Made by a program: the position numbers and the translations under genes. A stretch of 64,000 nt of DNA from assembly GCA_019244185.1 (NCBI GenBank), contig JAFATB010000006.1, forward strand, positions 288,001 through 352,000. Reading direction: 5' to 3'. Below, in pieces: positions 57,855 through 64,000 of the stretch (its first letter is position 1; each line of letters opens with the position of its first letter). The stretch is from Acidobacteriota bacterium. GTDB taxonomy: Bacteria; Acidobacteriota; Thermoanaerobaculia; Gp7-AA8. The notes under the pieces were generated by a model, which was not told where the DNA came from, ran no database searches, and worked only from the letters and a program-made list of their open reading frames with translations.

Positions 57855-59881
57855 GAAAACTGCTGATCTGCTTTTTCCTCGCACTCCCCGTGCTCGCGCA
57901 GCGTCCGATGACGTTCGAGGATCTCGCCGCGATGCGCCGCATCGGCGCGCCGCGGCTCTCGCCCGACGGCCGCTGGATCGCGTACGACGCGTCGACCATC
58001 GACCTCGCCGCGAACGCGCGACGCAGCTCGATCTATCTCTTGCGCGCCGACGGCAGCAGCGCCACCGCGCGGCAGCTCACCGACGGCACGAAACAGGACG
58101 AAGAGCCGGCGTGGTCGCCCGACGGCCGCACGCTCGCGTACGTCTCGAACCGCGACGGCGGCGCGAAGCAGGTCTATCTCTACGACGTCGCGAGCGGGAA
58201 GTCGCGCAAGCTGACCAGCCTCGCCGGCGGCGCGGGCAGCGTGAAGTGGCTGCCCGACGGCTCGGGACTCGTGCTCGTCTCCGACATCTATCCCGAATGC
58301 GGCGTCGATCCGCAATGCACCGAGCAGAAGGACGCGGCCGCGGAGAAGGCACCGACGAAGGCGCGCGTGATCACGAGCCTGCTCTATCGCCACTGGAACG
58401 GTTGGCAGGAGCCGACGCGCGCGCACATCATCTACGTGCCGCTCGACGGTGGCGCGGCGCGTGACCTCACGCCGGGCGCGTTCGATGCGCCGCCGTTCTC
58501 CGTCGGCGGCGGCGGCGAGTTCGACGTCTCGCCCGATAGCCGCGAGCTCGTCTACGCGCGGACAACCGAAGAGCATCCCGAGGTCACGACGAACAGCGAT
58601 TTGTTCCTCGTGCCGATCGGCGGCGGCGACGCGCGACGCATCACGACGCGCACGGGCGCGGACACGAGCCCCGTCTATTCGCCGGACGGCCGCTGGATCG
58701 CGTGGCGCTCGCAGGCGCGCGGCGGCTACGAATCCGATCTCTGGGAGCTCTGGCTGTACGACCGCACCTCGGGTACCTCACAGCGCATCGCGTCGCAGTT
58801 CAACGACTGGATCGAATCCGCGACGTGGTCGCCGGACAGCAAGTCGCTCTTCATCACCGCGCCGCTCAAAGGCAAGGAAGCGATCTACGAGGTCTCGCTC
58901 GACGGACGCACGTCGCTCGTCAACAACAGCGGCTCCGCGTCCGACGTCGCCGTCGCACGCGACGGCAAGACGATCTACTTCTCGATGTCGACGCTGCGGC
59001 GTCCGAGCGACATCTACGCGATGCAGCGCGGCGGCGCGGTCAAACAGCTCACGCACGAGAACGACGCGCGGCTCGCGCAGATCGCCATGGGCGCGACGCG
59101 CGACCTCTGGTGGACCGGCGCCGACAACGCGCAGATCCAGGGACACCTCATCACGCCGCCGAACTTCGATCCGGCGAAGAAGTATCCGGCCATCGTGCTC
59201 ATTCACGGCGGACCGCAGGGCGCGTGGAGCGACGCCTGGTCGTATCGCTGGAACCCGCAAGTCTTCGCCGCGCGCGGCTACGTGATCCTCATGCCGAATC
59301 CGCGCGGCTCCTCGGGCTTCGGCCAGCCGTTCGTCGAACAGATCTCGCGCGACTGGGGCGGCCGCGTCTACACCGACATCATGAACGGCGTCGACGCGTT
59401 CGCGCAGCAGCCGTTCGTCGACGGCACGCGTATCGGCGCCGCGGGCGGCTCGTTCGGCGGCTACATGATCGACTGGATCCTCGGCCACACGAACCGTTTC
59501 AAAGCGCTCGTCTCGCACGCCGGCGTCTACAACCTGCAGTCGATGTACGGCGTGACCGAGGAGCTATGGTTTCCGGAATGGGAGTTCGGCGGCAATCCGT
59601 GGGACAACCCGGAGCTGTACGAGAAGTGGTCGCCGAATCGCTTCGTGAAGAACTTCGCGACGCCGACGCTCGTGTCGCACGGCGAGCTCGATTACCGCGT
59701 GCCGATCGGCGAAGGGCTGCAGCTCTTCACCGCGCTGCAGCGTCGCGGCGTGCCGTCGGAGCTGCTCTACTTCCCCGACGAAGGGCACTGGGTGCTCAAG
59801 CCGCAGAACTCGCGCCTGTGGTACCAGACCGTGGGCGACTGGTTCGACCGTTGGCTGCAGCGCGGAGGGGGCGGCGCGTAG
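57851..59881 (+). CDS. Secreted S9 family peptidase (acylaminoacyl/dipeptidyl peptidase)
   Basis: PD40-like WSPDG repeats, IHGGP, GGSFGG, DYRVP, EGH. Confidence 0.95.
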   Translation: MRKLLICFFLALPVLAQRPMTFEDLAAMRRIGAPRLSPDGRWIAYDASTIDLAANARRSSIYLLRADGSSATARQLTDGTKQDEEPAWSPDGRTLAYVSNRDGGAKQVYLYDVASGKSRKLTSLAGGAGSVKWLPDGSGLVLVSDIYPECGVDPQCTEQKDAAAEKAPTKARVITSLLYRHWNGWQEPTRAHIIYVPLDGGAARDLTPGAFDAPPFSVGGGGEFDVSPDSRELVYARTTEEHPEVTTNSDLFLVPIGGGDARRITTRTGADTSPVYSPDGRWIAWRSQARGGYESDLWELWLYDRTSGTSQRIASQFNDWIESATWSPDSKSLFITAPLKGKEAIYEVSLDGRTSLVNNSGSASDVAVARDGKTIYFSMSTLRRPSDIYAMQRGGAVKQLTHENDARLAQIAMGATRDLWWTGADNAQIQGHLITPPNFDPAKKYPAIVLIHGGPQGAWSDAWSYRWNPQVFAARGYVILMPNPRGSSGFGQPFVEQISRDWGGRVYTDIMNGVDAFAQQPFVDGTRIGAAGGSFGGYMIDWILGHTNRFKALVSHAGVYNLQSMYGVTEELWFPEWEFGGNPWDNPELYEKWSPNRFVKNFATPTLVSHGELDYRVPIGEGLQLFTALQRRGVPSELLYFPDEGHWVLKPQNSRLWYQTVGDWFDRWLQRGGGGA

Positions 59882-59889
59882 CCGCCCCC
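59867..59889. terminator. Hairpin between convergent S9 peptidase and gvpA
   Basis: GGGGGCGGC-GCGTA-GCCGCCCCC. Confidence 0.45.
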
Positions 59890-59905
59890 GCGGTTTCGCG
59901 CGGAA

Positions 59906-60190
59906 CTAGGTGCGCGTGGTGCCGGCGGGCGCTGCCGCGCCTGCACCGACACCGCCGCCGCCTTCGCCGGGGCCGAGGGCCGGACGGGCCACGGTCGACG
60001 TGATGCCGACGGCTTCCGCGTACTTGAGGTACGTATCGATCGATGCGATGACGACGCGGGCCTCAACGGTGATCAGGTCGATACCGACGAGAGAGATGCG
60101 AACCCACGCGTCGACGACGATACCTTTGTCGAGAATGCGGTCCAGTACGTCGATGAGACTGGTTCCGCCTGGGGCGCGTTCAACAGCCAT
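59906..60190 (-). CDS. gvpA: Gas vesicle structural protein GvpA
   Basis: [52 protein letters not shown]. Confidence 0.96.
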   Translation of the reverse strand: MAVERAPGGTSLIDVLDRILDKGIVVDAWVRISLVGIDLITVEARVVIASIDTYLKYAEAVGITSTVARPALGPGEGGGGVGAGAAAPAGTTRT

Positions 60191-60193
60191 GAC

Positions 60194-60571
60194 TTACCTG
60201 CCTTTCCTCTCTCCAGGCTTCCCGGCGGGAAGCTCGCGTGCATTGAGTTGACGTTCGAGATCCGCGATGCGGTTGCGCAGCTCGTCGTACTCCTCGGCGC
60301 CGCGCAACGCGCGCGGGTCGCTCGAGTAGAAACGGTCCGAGCGCCACCAGTTGATGCCGATCGCCTCCGCCTTGTCGATCGAACAGATCACGAGGCGCAG
60401 CTGGATCGTCAGCAGCTCGACGTTCGCCAGCGAGACCTTCACGTCTCCGGCGACCACGAGCCCCTTGTCCAGGATTTTGTCGAGGATGTCGACCAACCCC
60501 TGCGGCTGCCGCTGGAGCGATCCTCCCCGATCATCGATAGGCAATCGCGACTCCCATCTTCGAGTGCTCAC
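60194..60571 (-). CDS. gvpJ: Gas vesicle protein GvpJ (GvpA paralog)
   Basis: LVDILDKILDKGLVVAGDVKVSLANVELLTIQLRLVICSIDKAEAIGINWW; the true start may be TTG 60544 (GGGAG RBS 6 nt upstream). Confidence 0.88.
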   Translation of the reverse strand: MSTRRWESRLPIDDRGGSLQRQPQGLVDILDKILDKGLVVAGDVKVSLANVELLTIQLRLVICSIDKAEAIGINWWRSDRFYSSDPRALRGAEEYDELRNRIADLERQLNARELPAGKPGERKGR

Positions 60572-60600
60572 CTTTTAACGGTGCCGCATCCGCGAGTCAA
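60572..60600 (-). promoter_or_regulatory. Possible internal promoter for gvpJ-gvpA
   Basis: Minus strand TTGACT (60600-60595), 17 nt, TAAAAG (60577-60572); the -10 lacks the terminal T. Confidence 0.35.
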
Positions 60601-60602
60601 CA

Positions 60603-60929
60603 TCATTCCCACATCTTTACCGGGCCCAGCTTGAGATTCAGATCTTCGTCGGACAGGCCGAACGTGCGCTTGAGCTCCGCCATCTTTTCCTCGAGCTTCA
60701 TGAGCGCCGCGCCGACGCGCTCGATCTCGTCGTCGGTGAGGTTGCCCGCGTCCATGCGGCGCAGCGCCTGCTTCTCGAGCAGCTTCCGCACGAGCTCGAC
60801 GATCGACAGCACGAGCTTCGCGAGCCCGTTCTCGACGATCTCCGAGTCGGCGGCGATGCGCTCCGGCACGACCGACTCCGCGAACGTGAGCGCGCGCCGC
60901 AGCTGCTCTTCTTCATTGGTCAGCATCAT
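60603..60929 (-). CDS. gvpK: Gas vesicle protein GvpK
   Basis: VENGLAKLVLSIVELVRKLLEKQALRRMDAGNL..EIERVGAALMKLE...FGL..EDLNLKLGP; start MMLTN at 60929. Confidence 0.92.
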   Translation of the reverse strand: MMLTNEEEQLRRALTFAESVVPERIAADSEIVENGLAKLVLSIVELVRKLLEKQALRRMDAGNLTDDEIERVGAALMKLEEKMAELKRTFGLSDEDLNLKLGPVKMWE

Positions 60930-61557
60930 CGGCGAAGACCTCCAGCGGCCACGGACCCGACAGCAGAAACGGCACCTGCGCGCACGTGCGGCGCAACTCC
61001 TCGCCGGCGGCGCGCACGTCCTCGACGCGCGCACGCGGCACGAGCGCCGCGAGCTCGATCGACTTCTCGTCGCGATGACTCCAGCGATGTTTTTTGGCGA
61101 ACGGAAGGATGCGCGCCTCTGCTTCTTTCACGAACGCCGGATCGGCGGCGGACGCGTTCGTGGCCTCGTGCAGCGCGCGCAGATACTCCGCGCCGCTCGT
61201 GAAGTCCCGACGATCGGGACGCGGACGCGCGGCAGCGGCGGCGGCTTTCAGCGTCATCTCGACGTCGTCGCGATGCGCGTCGAGGAGACGCGTCCAGCGC
61301 GGCAGATGCGCGGCGCACTTCGACTCCCCTTCCGCGGAGTCGCGCACGGCGAGGCCGTAGCGGATGGCCACGAACGTCGCGCGGTCGAGCAGCCGCGCGC
61401 GCAGCTTCGCGACTGCGACGAGCAGCTCGCGGTCCGAGACCGGCTGCTCGTCCGCGATCGGCAACGCGCTCAGAAAGAGCTCACCGCACGCGAGCGCCTC
61501 GGCAGGCGCGTCGATGTCGTCGCGCCGGCGATGCGCGCCGATGACGACGAATCTCAT
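60913..61557 (-). CDS. Gas vesicle protein GvpF/GvpL family (divergent)
   Basis: FVAIRYG, EMTLK, SGAEYLR, LSGPWP C-terminal motif. Confidence 0.8.
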   Translation of the reverse strand: MRFVVIGAHRRRDDIDAPAEALACGELFLSALPIADEQPVSDRELLVAVAKLRARLLDRATFVAIRYGLAVRDSAEGESKCAAHLPRWTRLLDAHRDDVEMTLKAAAAAARPRPDRRDFTSGAEYLRALHEATNASAADPAFVKEAEARILPFAKKHRWSHRDEKSIELAALVPRARVEDVRAAGEELRRTCAQVPFLLSGPWPLEVFADDADQ

Positions 61558-61730
61558 CGCTTCGATGTCCGGATGACCGCGTCGACGTTTGCGAGGATGA
61601 CGTTCAGGCCGAGGTAGAGAAGGTCCACGTCGCCGATCGACACGATCGCTTCGCCGGCGATGACCACGCCGCGATCGAGCAGATGATCGAGCATCTCCAG
61701 CAGCGCGAGTTCTTCGACGTTCTCAGACAT
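61554..61730 (-). CDS. Small GvpA-family protein GvpS/GvpM, 58 aa (below the ORF-track cutoff)
   Basis: Manual translation MSENVEELALLEMLDHLLDRGVVIAGEAIVSIGDVDLLYLGLNVILANVDAVIRTSKR*; ATGA overlap with the next gene. Confidence 0.88.
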   Translation of the reverse strand: MSENVEELALLEMLDHLLDRGVVIAGEAIVSIGDVDLLYLGLNVILANVDAVIRTSKR

Positions 61731-61733
61731 GGT

Positions 61734-62504
61734 TCAGTCGTGGGCAAACGAGTACGGCGGCCACGGCCCGCTCACGCCAACCACCACGCCTTCACCGGCG
61801 TAGCGATCCATGAGCGTCGCGTGCAACTCCTGCAAAGCCGCTTCCTCGTCGCGCTCGAGAAGGATGTTGATCTGTGGAAACGCGCCGTCGCGCCGCTCGC
61901 GCGTCTCCGCGAACGTCTCGCAGCGGAGGCTGCCGGCGACGGCCTGCTCGATCTCCGCGACGACGTTCTGCTCGGCCTCGCGCGACGCGCGCTTCTTCTC
62001 GTCGTCGAGCTTCTTGCGCAGCAGGAACGCGCGTCCCGGCGGCGCGGCGGCGATCTGCGCCTGCAGCTCGCGCAGCGACTCCGCACGCGCGACCAGCGCC
62101 TCGCTCCAGCGCGCCGGCTCGAACTCGACGCGCAGCGTCCACTCCTGCTTGTCGCCGAGGCGCTCGAGCTGCGCGCCTAACAAATGCGCGTGCTCGTGCA
62201 GATACGCGCGCAACGCGTCGGCGCCGGAGAAGAGCGTGAACGCGCGAAGCGGCACGATCGCGGTCAGCTTCATCAATTCGGCGACGACGGCCTGATGCCG
62301 GTAGCCGATCGCGCCGAGCCATTCGAGATCGTTCGCGCGGCGGTCGATCACCTCCTGCGACAGCTCCGCGGACGGCATGGCCGTGAAGACCGCGGCGATG
62401 CCGTCGCTCTCCGCGACGCCGAAGCGACGCGTGCCGTCGATGCCGTCCGTGTCCGGCGTGGCCGGCTCGCGCGTCACGGCGTAGACGTAGAGAACGGTGT
62501 CCAA
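61734..62504 (-). CDS. Gas vesicle protein GvpL/GvpF family
   Basis: LYVYAV, HQAVV, IVPLRAFTLF, EWTLRV, PGRAFL, SGPWPPYSF. Confidence 0.9.
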   Translation of the reverse strand: MDTVLYVYAVTREPATPDTDGIDGTRRFGVAESDGIAAVFTAMPSAELSQEVIDRRANDLEWLGAIGYRHQAVVAELMKLTAIVPLRAFTLFSGADALRAYLHEHAHLLGAQLERLGDKQEWTLRVEFEPARWSEALVARAESLRELQAQIAAAPPGRAFLLRKKLDDEKKRASREAEQNVVAEIEQAVAGSLRCETFAETRERRDGAFPQINILLERDEEAALQELHATLMDRYAGEGVVVGVSGPWPPYSFAHD

Positions 62505-62521
62505 GAGCGAAACTATAAAAC

Positions 62522-62638
62522 GAATGAAGAACGCAGAACGCAGAATGAAGAACGTAGAAGCGGCACGGCGCGCCGGTCAACGCGCCCGCATCGCGGCGGT
62601 TTCTACATTCTGCGTTCTGCGTTCTGCGTTCTTCATTC
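62522..62638. repeat. Heptamer-built palindromic element, copy 4 (inside the gvp operon)
   Basis: GAATGAA GAACGCA GAACGCA GAATGAA GAACGTA GAA, ~40-nt GC-rich loop, then TTC TACATTC TGCGTTC x3 TTCATTC; supplies the ATPase stop codon at 62633-62635. Confidence 0.9.
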
Positions 62639-64000
62639 AACGATCGGCACCAAGGCCGCCAGCTCATCCGCTGTCATCGGCGGCGCATCGCGGCGTTCGA
62701 TCAGCACCGCATCCGGCAACGTCGCGAGCGCCATCAGCTCATCCGCGCGTCGTGCGCAATCGCACGCGCAGTCGTTCTCCGGCGTCACGTAGTTCGCGAT
62801 GACGGAGCTCACGCGCAGGCCGCGCTGCGCGACGTCGTCGATGAGGCGCCGCGTCTCGGCAACGACGATGCGCTCGGGTCGCGTGACGACGATAACGGCC
62901 GTGTCGCGCGAACGCAGCGTCGCCTCGAGCTCGCGCATCGCGCGCGATGCATGAACGAGCTCTTCGCCGAGGGAGCCGGCGGGGACGAGGTCCTTGTAGC
63001 GGAGGAGGAGGCGCATGAACTCGCGGACCCATTCCGTGGCCGTCGACGGCAGATCGAGCAGGCGCAGGAAGTGTCCCGTCGGCGCGGTGTCGATGACGAC
63101 GCCGGCGAGCGTTTCATCGCCGAACAGATCGGCGAGGCGCGTGATCGCGAAGAGCTCGTCGGCGCCCGGCGGCGCGATGTCGATGAGCCGGCGCACGGCT
63201 TCCGTGTCGTGCTCGATGGAGACGCCGCGCGGCGTCAGCGCGTCGACCGCACGCTCGATCTCCGCGCCGAGGGTCGCGCGAAAGCGTTCCCACTTTGCGC
63301 GCGTGTCGATCAGCTCGACCGTGAGGTTCGGCGGCGGCGCGTTGTGCGCGAAGACGTCGCGCAGCGAATGCGCGGGATCGACGGAGAGCACGACGTAGCG
63401 CTTTTCCGGATTCGCGCGCGCGAGCTGCAACGCGATCGAGCTCGCACACGACGTCTTTCCCACGCCGCCCTTGCCCGCCAAAAACGTGAAGCGTGCGACG
63501 TCGACACGCGCGTTCGTCGCACGCGGCGTCGTTGCCTCGGTAGCGAGACCGCGCGACTCGCCGCGCAGCCACGCGCGGATCGCGTCGAACGAATCGAGCG
63601 GCGTGCACGCGCGCGGCGCATCGACGACCCTCGCGAACCGCGCCCGCGCCTCGGCATCCCGCTCCGCGAGCTCGCGGTCGCGCGCGCAATCGGCGTCGCG
63701 CACCGCACGGTTCAGGACGACGAAGGGGACGTGAATGTCCGCGTTGCGCACCGTGCGCAGCGTCTGCTCGACGACGAGCGGCTCGGAGAGCATCACCGGC
63801 ACGAACGCCGCGCGCGCGGGATCGTGGAGCAGCTCGCGCCGCGCGCGCGCCCGCGCATCGAAGTCGTCGATGAACGCGTCCATCGCATCGCGCACCTCGC
63901 GCCGCGTGAACTGGTAGACCAGCGCGCGATGCTTCTCCTCCATCGCGTCGAGCGCCGCCGCGAGCTGGCGGAAATGCTCTGAGGCCGACAGCATCCGCTC
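62633..64000 (-). CDS. ArsA/Get3-family ATPase, probably two-domain (5' end outside the window)
   Basis: GKGGVGKTS, SVDPAHSL, PPGADEL, DTAPTGHFLRLL, ANYV...CACDC; the preceding segment resembles the end of a first ArsA domain; frame is open to the window edge. Confidence 0.88.
   Translation of the reverse strand, partial: ERMLSASEHFRQLAAALDAMEEKHRALVYQFTRREVRDAMDAFIDDFDARARARRELLHDPARAAFVPVMLSEPLVVEQTLRTVRNADIHVPFVVLNRAVRDADCARDRELAERDAEARARFARVVDAPRACTPLDSFDAIRAWLRGESRGLATEATTPRATNARVDVARFTFLAGKGGVGKTSCASSIALQLARANPEKRYVVLSVDPAHSLRDVFAHNAPPPNLTVELIDTRAKWERFRATLGAEIERAVDALTPRGVSIEHDTEAVRRLIDIAPPGADELFAITRLADLFGDETLAGVVIDTAPTGHFLRLLDLPSTATEWVREFMRLLLRYKDLVPAGSLGEELVHASRAMRELEATLRSRDTAVIVVTRPERIVVAETRRLIDDVAQRGLRVSSVIANYVTPENDCACDCARRADELMALATLPDAVLIERRDAPPMTADELAALVPIVE

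Noticed and set aside
62633-64000. Arsenic-resistance operon
   Set aside because: No arsB/acr3/arsC/arsR/arsD in view; the downstream genes are gas-vesicle genes.

Overview
High-GC bacterial chromosomal window. The gene set (ECF43-type sigma/kinase pairs, an IPTL-CTERM surface protein, many secreted peptidases) suggests Acidobacteriota, possibly Thermoanaerobaculia; this is inference, not a database result. The core backbone is purA, ugd/uxs, mlaEFD, PBP1B, rho-engB, lon-clpX-clpP-tig with tRNA-Leu(TAG) and tRNA-Lys(CTT), proC and secA. Accessory modules: (i) an ECF sigma plus Ser/Thr kinase divergent from a 7-domain DUF11 adhesin; (ii) a BlaI/BlaR1-type system with a duplicated palindromic operator and a chain of ATGA-coupled mini-ORFs; (iii) a compact aryl-polyene/type II FAS-like cluster (KS, CLF-like KS, dehydratase, ACP, acyl-AMP ligase, GT2) next to a flavin-dependent halogenase; (iv) an MntA-HepT toxin-antitoxin pair inside the secA-proC run; (v) the 3' part of a gas-vesicle operon (gvpF/L, S, F/L, K, J, A) led by an ArsA/Get3-family ATPase. 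Four copies of a ~100-120 bp AT-rich palindrome built from 7-nt tandem units sit in intergenic positions, two of them bracketing tig. No CRISPR array, integrase or transposase was seen. Most long ORFs in the track are antisense or off-frame shadows of real genes.
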